This document shows positions 1 through 8,375 of a stretch of DNA of 34,524 nt, piece after piece; positions within the stretch are counted from its first letter, which is position 1, and every line of letters begins with the position of its first letter. Where the stretch lies: NCBI GenBank assembly GCA_036229005.1, contig JAZAMN010000029.1:1-34524 (forward strand). Reading direction: 5' to 3'. The notes beneath the pieces are model-generated. The model was given only the letters and a program-made list of their open reading frames with translations. It ran no database searches and was not told the origin of the DNA. This DNA comes from Myxococcota bacterium. Its GTDB lineage: Bacteria > Myxococcota_A > UBA796 > CAJQPC01. Made by a program: the position numbers and the translations under genes.

Positions 1-135
1 CAAGGGAAAGCCAGCCAAGGTCGCGATCGTGGCCTGCATGCGGAAGCTCCTCATCCACCTCAACAGCACGATGAGGAGCTACCTTGCGCAGCCGACTGCG
101 CCGGCCGTTCAAACAACTTGAAGAAGACGGTTGCT
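1..135 (+). mobile_element. Right end of an IS110-family insertion sequence (truncated by the window edge)
   Basis: The transposase C-terminus stops at 119-121 and is followed by AGAAGACGGTTGCT (122-135). This resembles the short right ends of IS110-group elements, which finish in a CT core. The exact boundary is inferred. Confidence 0.7.
2..121 (+). CDS. IS110-family transposase/recombinase, C-terminal fragment (not in the ORF track)
   Basis: Frame +2 reads KGKPAKVAIVACMRKLLIHLNSTMRSYLAQPTAPAVQTT*. GKPxKVAxVACMRKLL is the typical IS110/IS116/IS902 C-terminal motif. Confidence 0.88.
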   Translation, partial: KGKPAKVAIVACMRKLLIHLNSTMRSYLAQPTAPAVQTT

Positions 136-240
136 CACTCGACCGACGTAGCCAATGCCATAGGCGTGCTCCAGGTGGACCTGGCAGGCCCAAACGCTCA
201 GCCGCGCGCAAGCACGGGGCGGGCAGGACCTAGCCAGGCC

Positions 241-840
241 ATGAACACGCTCCTCTTTGTCCTCGCCTGCACCACGACCCCCAGCTCCAGCCCGGCGGAG
301 GCCGGGGGCAAGTCGATGTCCGAGACGGTGGAGGCCACGGCCCCCAAGGACCTGGGTGACCCCATCCTCCAGGACCTCTCCCTGACCGCGCTGGACGGCA
401 GCGCCTTCGACACCAGCCTGCTGGAGGGCAAGGCCGTGCTGTTCGTGAACGTGGCCAGCCGCTGCGGGAACACGCCGCAGTACGAGGGGCTGGAGGCGCT
501 CTACCAGGCGAACAAGGACAAGGGGCTGGTGATCGTGGGCGTGCCCTGCAACCAGTTCGGCGGGCAGGAGCCGGGCTCGGCCGAGGAGATCGCGACCTTC
601 TGCAAGCTGAACTACGGGGTGAGCTTCCCGCTGCTGGAGAAGCAGGAGGTCAACGGCGAGGGGCGCAGCGCGCTCTACACCCGCCTGGTGAGCAGCCCCA
701 TGGGCGCCGGCGAGGACATCTCCTGGAACTTCGAGAAGTTCCTGGTGGGGCGGGACGGCCGGGTCGCCGCGCGCTTCTCCCCGCGCACACAGCCGGATGA
801 CCGCAAGCTGGCGGCAGCGATCGAGGCCGCGCTCCAGTAG
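241..840 (+). CDS. Glutathione peroxidase family protein (Cys type) with a putative lipoprotein signal
   Basis: Motifs NVASRCG, PCNQFGGQE, FCKLNYG and WNFEKFL. The ATG at 241 gives MNTLLFVLAC (lipobox LAC). Confidence 0.92.
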   Translation: MNTLLFVLACTTTPSSSPAEAGGKSMSETVEATAPKDLGDPILQDLSLTALDGSAFDTSLLEGKAVLFVNVASRCGNTPQYEGLEALYQANKDKGLVIVGVPCNQFGGQEPGSAEEIATFCKLNYGVSFPLLEKQEVNGEGRSALYTRLVSSPMGAGEDISWNFEKFLVGRDGRVAARFSPRTQPDDRKLAAAIEAALQ

Positions 841-844
841 GCGC

Positions 845-1462
845 TCACGCCTTGCGGGCGGTGCCCAGCGCCGTCCAGCTCGCGATGCGGGGCCAGCTCC
901 GCTGGTCGAACTCCTCCAGGCTCACCGGCTCCAGGCCCGCGCCGCGGATGAGCTCCACGATGGGGCGGTTCAGGTGGCAGCCCCCCGCGAAGGGCATCCA
1001 CAGCGGGTTGAGGCGGTCCTGCCAGGCGGCCACGGAGGGCTCGGGGTGGCGGCTGTGCTCCACAAAGCGGAAGCTGCCGCCGGGCTTGAGCACGCGCTTG
1101 ACCTCCAGCAGGGCCGCCTCGACCTGGGGGATCGTGCAGAGCGTCCAGGTGCAGACCACGTGGTCCATGCTGGCGTCGGGCAGGTCGATGCGCGCCCCGT
1201 CCAGCCCGGCGTCCACGACCTGGGCGGGGGAGTCCGCGATGCGCTGGGCCGCCTTGTCCCGCCCGGTCTGGTCGGGGTCGATGATGTGGATGCGCTCGGT
1301 GCCCTCGCCGTAGAAGGGCAGGTTCAGCCCGGCACCGAAGCCCAGCTCCAGGACCTCGCCGCGCAGGTCGCCGACCACGCGGGGGCGCAATTCCCGGGCC
1401 GTGGGGTTGTCCATGACCAGGGCGACCAGGTGGGGCAGGATGTGGCGCTCGTAGAAGTTCAC
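845..1462 (-). CDS. Class I SAM-dependent methyltransferase (Methyltransf_11-like)
   Basis: Motif I VLELGFGAG, plus DHVVCTWTLCTI, RVLKPGG and GGCHLNR. The GTG at 1462 directly follows GGAGAG; the start is inferred. Confidence 0.88.
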   Translation of the reverse strand: MNFYERHILPHLVALVMDNPTARELRPRVVGDLRGEVLELGFGAGLNLPFYGEGTERIHIIDPDQTGRDKAAQRIADSPAQVVDAGLDGARIDLPDASMDHVVCTWTLCTIPQVEAALLEVKRVLKPGGSFRFVEHSRHPEPSVAAWQDRLNPLWMPFAGGCHLNRPIVELIRGAGLEPVSLEEFDQRSWPRIASWTALGTARKA

Positions 1463-1526
1463 CTCTCCGGCATAGGGACGCACGCGCAAGGGAGCAAGGG
1501 GGCAGCGGCGGGTTAGTCCCGCGAGC

Positions 1527-2168
1527 ATGTCCAGGCACACCACCGGGGTTGATCAGCGCTGCAGCCGTTGCCGGCTGGCCCCCAGGCTCTGCCTGTGCGG
1601 CGAGGTCACCCCGATCCCCACCGCCGTCGAGCTGCTGGTGCTCCGCCACGTCAAGGAGCGCCACAAGGGCAGCAACTCCGCGCGGCTGGTGGACATGGCC
1701 TGCCCCAACAGCAGCCTGCGCGACTGGGCCGTGCGCGATCAGCCCATGGACACCAGCGGCCTGAGCGGGCCTGGCGTGGCGCTGCTCTTCCCCATGAGCG
1801 AGGGGGCCGTGGCCGCAGAGCCTGAGCAGATCCAGCGCCTGGTGGTCGTCGACGGCACCTGGACCCAGGCCCGCAAGATGCTCAAGCGCATCCCCGGGCT
1901 CTCCGAGCTGCCGCGCCTGGACATCGGGGGGCTCTCCGCTGGACAGCGCGTCCGCATGCGCCGCCCGCCGCACCCGGGCATGGTCGCCACCGCCGAGGCC
2001 GTCGCCCACGCCCTGGAGCTGCTGGAGGGCCCCCAGGCCGCGCAGGCGCTGATCGACCTCTACGAGCTCCAGGTGAGCCGGGTCTGGCAGTCACGCGGCC
2101 GCGTCGGCGGGCGCCCCTGGGATGAGGCCAAGGACGAGCCCCCTCAGCAGGGCGGCTGCTCCGCGTAG
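1527..2168 (+). CDS. DTW-domain tRNA-uridine aminocarboxypropyltransferase (TapT/YfiP-like)
   Basis: N-terminal CxxC...CxC, HxxE...SNSA, DGTWTQARKM and TAEA motifs. Confidence 0.88.
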   Translation: MSRHTTGVDQRCSRCRLAPRLCLCGEVTPIPTAVELLVLRHVKERHKGSNSARLVDMACPNSSLRDWAVRDQPMDTSGLSGPGVALLFPMSEGAVAAEPEQIQRLVVVDGTWTQARKMLKRIPGLSELPRLDIGGLSAGQRVRMRRPPHPGMVATAEAVAHALELLEGPQAAQALIDLYELQVSRVWQSRGRVGGRPWDEAKDEPPQQGGCSA

Positions 2169-2836
2169 CTGACCTCGACCACGGTGCTGCCCGGGTAGCT
2201 CTCCGCCAGGAGCACGCTCTGGTCGGCCTCGTCGTAGGTGAAGCCGCTCAGGATGCGCTCGCCGTCTACCGTGACCACCAGGCTCTTGGGCACTGCCGCC
2301 ACCTGCAAGGGCAGGCGCTGGGGGTCGCTCTGGGCCGAGAGCAGGAAGGGCTCGCTGAGCTGCCGCAGGTATTCGCCGACCGCGCCCAGCTCCAGCAGCA
2401 GGCGGTCGGAGCCGGCGCCCTGGGCGGTGAACTCCAGGCGCAGGCGGTCCGGGCCCTCGTCGATGGGGGCGTACTGCACCGACAGCCCGCCGGTGTCTCC
2501 TGGATAGAGCAGCCAGGGCAGCGGCTCCAGCACCGTCGGGTCCACGTCGAACTCGCTGCTGGCCGTGGTGGGCGCCAGGTCCAGGATCTCCACGGTCTCC
2601 GAGCTCGTGTTGTCCACCCACACCCAGAGCTGCTGGCTGCAGCCCACCAGCTCCGTCGGCAGGTCCCAGTCCAGGCTGGGCTGCTCCGTCGTGGACAGGT
2701 GCAGGCCCTCCAGCTCCACAGAGCCGGTGTCCACCCAGGAGTCCACCGGGTTGTGCAGGCCGGTGTCCGGCGCGCCCGTGTCCACCGGGAACAGGACCCG
2801 GAGCTCACAAGCCAGCAGTGTCAGCAGGAGCATCAA
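2144..2836 (-). CDS. Hypothetical lipoprotein with probable Ig-like domains
   Basis: MMLLLTLLAC lipobox and beta-rich segments (VWVDNTSSETVEI, LYPGDTGGLSVQYAP). Overlaps the upstream FecR gene by TTGA. Confidence 0.7.
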   Translation of the reverse strand: MMLLLTLLACELRVLFPVDTGAPDTGLHNPVDSWVDTGSVELEGLHLSTTEQPSLDWDLPTELVGCSQQLWVWVDNTSSETVEILDLAPTTASSEFDVDPTVLEPLPWLLYPGDTGGLSVQYAPIDEGPDRLRLEFTAQGAGSDRLLLELGAVGEYLRQLSEPFLLSAQSDPQRLPLQVAAVPKSLVVTVDGERILSGFTYDEADQSVLLAESYPGSTVVEVSYAEQPPC

Positions 2837-3786
2837 CCCTCGCAGGCGTTGATCTCAGACTGCTCCACGGCGCTGGGGTTGTCCACGTGGCGCGTCAGCG
2901 TACGGACCTGCTCGCAGTCACCGTCTCGCCCGGCGAGCTGTACGGCGATCTCGCGGATCTCGGCCTGGCGAGGACCTCCGATCTCCAGGTACGCCAGGGC
3001 ATCCCGCTGCACGGCGGCCCAGTCCTGGTCCCGGAAGGCGGCCTCCAGGCGCAGCGCGAGCAGCTCGCTGCGGACGGCGCCCTGGGCGTCGGGCAGCTCC
3101 AGCGCGCCCTGCACCTCGGCGTCGATCTGCGCGCGCGCCACGGGGCCCAGGGCCTTGAGGCGACCGACCATCGCGGCGGCGCTCACGGGCGCGCAGGTGT
3201 GGGACTGGCCGGCGGTGAGCACGGGGTCCGCGCCCCGCTCGCAGTCCACCCGCACCTTGCCCCGCTCGACGCTCACGCGGGTGCCCAGGGCGTCACGCTC
3301 CACGTCGAACACGGTGCCCAGCACGGCCACGCTGGCCTCGCGGGTGCGCACCTGCAGGTCCACGCCCTGGTCGGGCTCCAGATCCAGGTGCAGATCGCCC
3401 TTGTCCCACTGGACGCGGGGCGCGGCCTCGTCTCCGCTCAGGGCGCCTTGGCCCTGCCAGCGCAGGCGCAGGGTGTCGCTGGCCTGGAGCTCTCCGGCGG
3501 CGGCCAGCTCCTGCTGGAGGGGGGCCGGCTCGCTGGGCCACAGGCCTACACCCAGGGCGACCAGGGCGGCGGCCGCCATCGCGACGCCGCCGATCCACAC
3601 CCGGCTGGGGCGCGGCTGGGCCAGGCGCGCGCGCACCCGGGCGGCGGCTCCGGCCTGGGGGCCCGGGAGCTTCTTGAGCAGCGGGGCTGCCGAGCGACCC
3701 GCCTCCAGCCTGGCGCGCAGGCGGGCCTGGGCCTCGGGACCGGCCTTCTCGTCCAGCAGGCGCTTGAGGGCGTCGCGTTCGCTCAT
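2833..3786 (-). CDS. FecR-domain anti-sigma factor with a C-terminal helical (TPR-like) region
   Basis: The ATG at 3786 overlaps the sigma stop (ATGA). TM helix VWIGGVAMAAAALVALGVGLW, then the FecR motif VRTREASVAVLGTVFDV...VSVERGKVRV. Confidence 0.85.
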   Translation of the reverse strand: MSERDALKRLLDEKAGPEAQARLRARLEAGRSAAPLLKKLPGPQAGAAARVRARLAQPRPSRVWIGGVAMAAAALVALGVGLWPSEPAPLQQELAAAGELQASDTLRLRWQGQGALSGDEAAPRVQWDKGDLHLDLEPDQGVDLQVRTREASVAVLGTVFDVERDALGTRVSVERGKVRVDCERGADPVLTAGQSHTCAPVSAAAMVGRLKALGPVARAQIDAEVQGALELPDAQGAVRSELLALRLEAAFRDQDWAAVQRDALAYLEIGGPRQAEIREIAVQLAGRDGDCEQVRTLTRHVDNPSAVEQSEINACEG

Positions 3787-4376
3787 GTGGTCCTCCGGCC
3801 GTCGGCGGGGGTCAGCGCTTCGGTGGCACCCAGGCGGGCCAGCTCGGCCCGGAAGCGCTTGCGCCCCAGGCGCAGGCGGCTCTTCACGGTGCCCTTGGGG
3901 ACGTCCAGCATCTCGGCGACCTCCGAGTCGGCGCGCTCTTCCAGATCGCAGAGCACCAGCACCTCCCGCTGGGCGGCGGGCAGGGCCTCCAGGGCCTCCT
4001 GCACCGCCGAGGAGAGCTCCGAGAGCTCCGCCTGGCGCTGGGGTCCGGCGCCCTGGTCCTCGGTCAGATCCAGGTCGATCCCCGGAACCCAGCGCCGCAC
4101 CCAGGCGCGCCGCCGGTGCTTGGCCAGGGTCCGGCGGGTGATGCCGAAGAGCCAGGAGTTGAAGGCCTCCGGGGCCTCCAGGCTGTGCAGCCGCCCCAGC
4201 ATGGTCTCCAGCGCGTCGTGCGCGGCGTCCTCGTGGTCGACCAGCGGGCCGCCCAGGCTCGCGCACCAGCCCAGCACCAGCGGCAGGGCCACGTTCAGCA
4301 CCTGGGCCTCGGCCCAGGCCTCGCCCTGCTGGGCGGCGCGAACGTGTTCGGTGAGTTGCTCGGAGCTCGGCATCAA
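3783..4376 (-). CDS. ECF (sigma70 group 4) RNA polymerase sigma factor
   Basis: Region 2 EDAAHDAL...FNSWLFGITRR and region 4 LPAAQREVLVLCDLE...EVAEMLDVPKGTVKSRLRLGR. Confidence 0.93.
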   Translation of the reverse strand: MMPSSEQLTEHVRAAQQGEAWAEAQVLNVALPLVLGWCASLGGPLVDHEDAAHDALETMLGRLHSLEAPEAFNSWLFGITRRTLAKHRRRAWVRRWVPGIDLDLTEDQGAGPQRQAELSELSSAVQEALEALPAAQREVLVLCDLEERADSEVAEMLDVPKGTVKSRLRLGRKRFRAELARLGATEALTPADGRRTT

Positions 4377-5368
4377 CGACTCTGTGCCTCCAGGGGCCGC
4401 TTTGGATCACTCTGCCAGGAGATTCCCAGGTTCACGCCGACCTGCCAGGGCGCGATGCTGCCCAGCGCCCGGTCGCCGAGCTGCAGCTCTGTCCGCGCCA
4501 GGTCCACCCGCAGCTCCGCCGCCGGCTCCACCAGCACGCGCCCCAGGGACAGCTCCCAGCCCACCAGCGCCCGACTGGTCGGCAGCCAGTGCGCCATCAG
4601 CGGCTCCCCCTCCAGGCTCCAGCTCCGCCGCTCCGCCCCCGCCTGCACCGACACCGTGCTCCCGCGCCAGGGCTGCACGCGCACCCCCGCGAGCGTCGCC
4701 ACCCCCCCGCTGCGCCCCTCGGGGACCAGCGGCCAGCCCGCCGGCGCCGCCCACCAGGCCCCCACCCCGAGCTGCACCCGAGGCAGCCCCACCGCGGCGT
4801 CCAGGCTCAAGCCCGCGCTCATGTCCTGGTCCGGGCGGAAGCCAAAGGCGCTGCCCACCCGCACGCTGGTCGTCAGGGGAGGGGGAGGGGAGGGCTCAGC
4901 GAGCGCTGGGGCTGCCGCCTGCACCATCGGGACGCTGCGACCGACCACCCACCCCAGGGGCACCTGGGCGCCGGCGAGGCCAGGCTGGGGCGGCTCTGCG
5001 CTCTCCTGGGGTCGGGGAGCAGGTCGGGGCGGCGGGGGGGGATCCACCTTGGGGGGCGGCAGCTTCAGCCCGCCGCCCAGGCTCGGGCTCGGGTCCAACA
5101 GGCGGGCGGCGAGCGCCAGCGTGTCCTCGCGTTCGCCAGGGGTCAGCGGGGCTGGCACGCGCACCCGGTGTTGGGTCCCGGTGGAGTCCTGAACCAGCAG
5201 CACCCACATCCCCTCGCCCTCGATCAGAGCCGCCCAGGGCCCATCGGACGCGGGTCCGGGCTCGAAGTCGTGCAGCTCCATCGGCCCGGCCCACAGCGCC
5301 GGGTCCTCGTCGGGAGGCAGGCTGAGGGGGGCCGCCCAGGCTGCGGGGCCCAGCAGCGCCCAGATCAG
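4373..5368 (-). CDS. Exported protein with a Pro-rich linker and a probable C-terminal outer-membrane beta-barrel
   Basis: Extending the track ORF (ATG 5281) to the CTG at 5368 gives the signal-like (M)IWALLGPAAWA. A PPPKVDPPPPPRPAP linker is followed by alternating amphipathic strands. Confidence 0.68.
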   Translation of the reverse strand: MIWALLGPAAWAAPLSLPPDEDPALWAGPMELHDFEPGPASDGPWAALIEGEGMWVLLVQDSTGTQHRVRVPAPLTPGEREDTLALAARLLDPSPSLGGGLKLPPPKVDPPPPPRPAPRPQESAEPPQPGLAGAQVPLGWVVGRSVPMVQAAAPALAEPSPPPPLTTSVRVGSAFGFRPDQDMSAGLSLDAAVGLPRVQLGVGAWWAAPAGWPLVPEGRSGGVATLAGVRVQPWRGSTVSVQAGAERRSWSLEGEPLMAHWLPTSRALVGWELSLGRVLVEPAAELRVDLARTELQLGDRALGSIAPWQVGVNLGISWQSDPKRPLEAQSR

Positions 5369-6465
5369 GGGAGCAGCATGTCCGAGTAGATGAACGTCCA
5401 GGGCTGCAGCGACAGCAGGTGCCCCTCGATCTCATCCTTGGGGAGCTGGGTGCCGGTCACGGCGCCGTCCTCGTCCAGCTCGAAGCCCAAGCCGTACTGG
5501 AGCTCGTACCAGGTGACCCCCTCGGGGCTATCCAGGCCGAGCTGGCCGGCGAACAGGTAGGGCGCCCAGTCGGTCTCGTAGTTGTAGCCGGCTTCCTCGA
5601 CCGCCACCTTGACGTCGGCCGCGAGCGCGTCGCTCATGGGGCCGAAGCCCAGGCCAAAGCGCTGCCCCGTCATGGTCTCGCTGGGGGTCTGGTCGGCGCC
5701 CCACTCGGGGGGCAGGCCGGTGCAGTCGTTGAAGCCCAGGTCCGTCAGGTAGACGTTCCAGGCCTGGGTGGTCACAAGGTCGGTGCTGGTCTCCTCCTGG
5801 ATCTGGATGCCGCCGTACCAGTTGCAGGTGTAGGCCTCGTCCATGGTGTCGACGTATTCGGCCTCGTAGAGGGTGAGCTGCAGGTAGGGGGCCTGGTAGC
5901 TGCCGTCCTCGGCCTGCCAGCGGGCCAGGACCTTGTCCTGCCAGGCGCCGGCCCAGGAGATGGTGGCGTAGGCGGGATCGAAGGTGATCTCGGCGTCGGT
6001 GTCAGCGTCCGAGTCGCTGTCGGCGTCGCTGTCAGCGTCGGCGTCGCTGTCCGAGTCGGAGTCGGAGTCGGAGTCGGTATCGGCGTCAGCGTCCAGGGTG
6101 CCGCTGCCGGTGGCGAACGCGGAGCTGAGGGGGGCGCCCAGCTCCCCGACCTCCGAGGCCACGCCGGCCGTGATGTTCAGCGTGTAGTCGCTGTTTGCGT
6201 CAAGGTCGGCGTTGGGGTCGATCACCAGGACGCTGGGCTGGTCCTCGAACCAGCGCAGAGCCAGCGGGACGGGGGTGCCCTCGTCGTCCTGCAGGATGAA
6301 GTGCTCGACCTGCGGGTCCACCAGCGCCGCCGAGAACACCACGCGCAGGTCCGAGTCGACCGGGATGTTCTGGGCGCCGTGCGCCGGGTTGACGGTGAGG
6401 ACGGACAGGTAGCTGGCGGGCTCGACGGGGTCGGTGCAGGCCAGGGTCATCAGCGTGATCAACAT
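5365..6465 (-). CDS. Lipoprotein with a Big_5/SbsA-like Ig domain and an Asp-X repeat linker
   Basis: MLITLMTLAC lipobox, VNPAHGAQNIPVDSDLRVVFS...FATG Ig pattern and a D-[AST] dipeptide tract. Confidence 0.8.
   Translation of the reverse strand: MLITLMTLACTDPVEPASYLSVLTVNPAHGAQNIPVDSDLRVVFSAALVDPQVEHFILQDDEGTPVPLALRWFEDQPSVLVIDPNADLDANSDYTLNITAGVASEVGELGAPLSSAFATGSGTLDADADTDSDSDSDSDSDADADSDADSDSDADTDAEITFDPAYATISWAGAWQDKVLARWQAEDGSYQAPYLQLTLYEAEYVDTMDEAYTCNWYGGIQIQEETSTDLVTTQAWNVYLTDLGFNDCTGLPPEWGADQTPSETMTGQRFGLGFGPMSDALAADVKVAVEEAGYNYETDWAPYLFAGQLGLDSPEGVTWYELQYGLGFELDEDGAVTGTQLPKDEIEGHLLSLQPWTFIYSDMLLP
5992..6093 (-). repeat. Coding hexanucleotide repeat: 17 Asp-[Ala/Ser/Thr] dipeptides
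   Basis: Encodes DADADTDSDSDSDSDSDADADSDADSDSDADTDA. Confidence 0.9.
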
Positions 6466-6529
6466 TGGGTACCCCTAACGGCCCCAAGGATGCCATCACA
6501 GGCCCGGGCTCGCAGGATAGAGGTCATTC

Positions 6530-7684
6530 ATGCCCGCACAACTCGGCTCCCGCGCCGCCTTCCCCGACCTGCAGCCGCGGGTCTACGCCAACCACGCCGC
6601 CGTCTCTCCGCCCTCGCTCGCGGTGCAGGCGGCCGCCCAGACCCTGCTCCAGGACTACGGGGCCCGAGGGCTGGGGGCGATCCACGACTGGATGGCGCAG
6701 CGCGAGCGCCTGCGCGGCAAGCTCGGGGGCCTGCTCAACGTGCCCGCCGAGCGCCTGGCGCTGACCGCGTCCACCGGCCGGGGCTTGATGGATCTCGCCA
6801 ACTGTCTCCCTTGGGAGCCCGGCGACCGCGTGCTCTGCTTCGAGGGCGAGTTCCCCGCCAACGTGACCCCCTGGCGCCAGGCGGCCCAGAGCTTCGGCGG
6901 GCGCTTCACCCTGCTGCCCCAGCCCGGATCGGACGCCGATGTCCTCGCCGTCACCGAGCAGGCCCTCAAGCAAGGCGCGCGCTACCTGGCGGTCTCGGCG
7001 GTGCAGTTCCAGACCGGGCGCAGGATGCCCCTCTCCTCCCTGACCGAGCTGGCCCACCGCCACGGCGCCGAGGTGATCGTCGACGGCATCCAGGCCGTGG
7101 GCGTGGTCCCCATGGACCTGCAGGCGCTGGGCGTGGACTACCTGGCCGGCGGCGCCCACAAGTGGCTGATGGGCCTGGAGGGCTGCGGCTACCTGTACGT
7201 CGCGCCCGGAAAGACCCTGGTGCCCCGCGTGGCCGGCTGGCTCTCCCACACCGACCCCGTCGACTTTCTGATGAAGGGCGCGGGCCACCTGCGCTACGAC
7301 CGGCCCGTGCGCAGCAGCCCCGACTTCCTGGAGATCGGGTCCACCAACGCCCTGGGCTTCGCGGCCTTCGAGGCCGGGCTGGACCCCATCCTGGAGCTCG
7401 GCGTGCCCGCCATCCACGCCCACGTCCAGCGCTGGAATGCGGGGGTCGAGGAGGCCCTGGTCGCTCGGGGATTCCGTTCCCACCGCGACGCCACCTGTCC
7501 CTCCGGGACCCTGTCCCTGGATCCCCCCGCCGGCGAGGACACGCTGGTGATCGGCGCCCACCTGGCCGCCCAGGGCATCGCGGCGTCCACCCCGGACGGC
7601 CTGCTGCGCCTGTCCCCGCACTGGCCCAACTCCCTGGACGAGCTGCCTGTGCTGCTGGCCGCCATCGACGGGAGACCCCGTTGA
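6530..7684 (+). CDS. Aminotransferase class V-fold PLP-dependent enzyme
   Basis: YANHAAVSP, VDGIQAVG, GAHKWLMG (PLP lysine) and LRLSPH. No obvious desulfurase catalytic-Cys loop. Confidence 0.88.
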   Translation: MPAQLGSRAAFPDLQPRVYANHAAVSPPSLAVQAAAQTLLQDYGARGLGAIHDWMAQRERLRGKLGGLLNVPAERLALTASTGRGLMDLANCLPWEPGDRVLCFEGEFPANVTPWRQAAQSFGGRFTLLPQPGSDADVLAVTEQALKQGARYLAVSAVQFQTGRRMPLSSLTELAHRHGAEVIVDGIQAVGVVPMDLQALGVDYLAGGAHKWLMGLEGCGYLYVAPGKTLVPRVAGWLSHTDPVDFLMKGAGHLRYDRPVRSSPDFLEIGSTNALGFAAFEAGLDPILELGVPAIHAHVQRWNAGVEEALVARGFRSHRDATCPSGTLSLDPPAGEDTLVIGAHLAAQGIAASTPDGLLRLSPHWPNSLDELPVLLAAIDGRPR

Positions 7685-8253
7685 CCCACCTGGTCTTCCT
7701 GTTGGCGGCCTTCATGCTGGGGGGCGTGCCCTTTGGCCTGATCCTGGGCCTGCTGGGCGCCGGCGTCGACGTGCGGCGGCAGGGGAGCGGCAACATCGGC
7801 GCCACCAACGTGGCCCGCGTGCTGGGCTGGAGATGGGGCGGGCTCACCCTGCTGCTGGACGTGGCCAAGGGCGTGCTGCCCATGCTGCTGGCCGGCTGGT
7901 GGGGCCCGGCCTGGATGGTGCCGGTGGTGGGGCTGGTGGTCGTGCTGGGCCACTGCTACTCGCCCTACCTGGACTTCCAGGGGGGCAAGGGCGTGGCCAC
8001 CGGGGCCGGCGTGATGCTGGTGATCTCCTGGAAGGCCACGCTGCTGGCCCTGACCTGCTGGGCGCTGGCCTACGCCCTGTCCAAGCGCAGCTCTGTGGGC
8101 GCGCTGACCGCCATCGCCGCCATCCAGGTGGGGCTGTGGATCTTCAGGCCGGGCTTCTGGGCCTTCGGGCTGCTGCTCGGCGGCCTGCTGCTGCTGCGGC
8201 ACCGCGGCAACGTCCAGCGCCTGATGGCGGGCACTGAGCTCTCGGTGCGCTGA
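7681..8253 (+). CDS. plsY: Glycerol-3-phosphate 1-O-acyltransferase PlsY
   Basis: GSGNIGATNVAR, DVAKG, GH...FQGGKGVAT and RHRGN motifs. The TTG start overlaps the upstream TGA. Confidence 0.93.
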   Translation: MTHLVFLLAAFMLGGVPFGLILGLLGAGVDVRRQGSGNIGATNVARVLGWRWGGLTLLLDVAKGVLPMLLAGWWGPAWMVPVVGLVVVLGHCYSPYLDFQGGKGVATGAGVMLVISWKATLLALTCWALAYALSKRSSVGALTAIAAIQVGLWIFRPGFWAFGLLLGGLLLLRHRGNVQRLMAGTELSVR

Positions 8254-8375
8254 ATCCATCTGCCTTGTGGCGGTACACCCCGCCGCACCTCGCGCGCGCT
8301 TTTCGGCCCTTTGACGGGCGCGCGTGCACCCCATGCGCAAAGGGTGGCACACTGTCGCCCCTCGGAGGTCCCCCC

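Noticed and set aside
463..465. Selenocysteine in the glutathione peroxidase
   Set aside because: The active-site codon is TGC (Cys).
6530..7684. Cysteine desulfurase supplying sulfur to the Lar pathway
   Set aside because: No recognisable catalytic Cys loop, and the gene is over 22 kb from larBC with no evidence of linkage.
5419..8253. 944-aa ORF as a giant PlsY fusion
   Set aside because: Only the last 190 codons are PlsY. The rest overlaps two real genes in other frames or on the other strand.
8345..8358. TGGCAC...GC sigma54-like element before the FG-GAP gene
   Set aside because: The spacing is GG-N9-GC rather than the required N10, and it is very close to the RBS.
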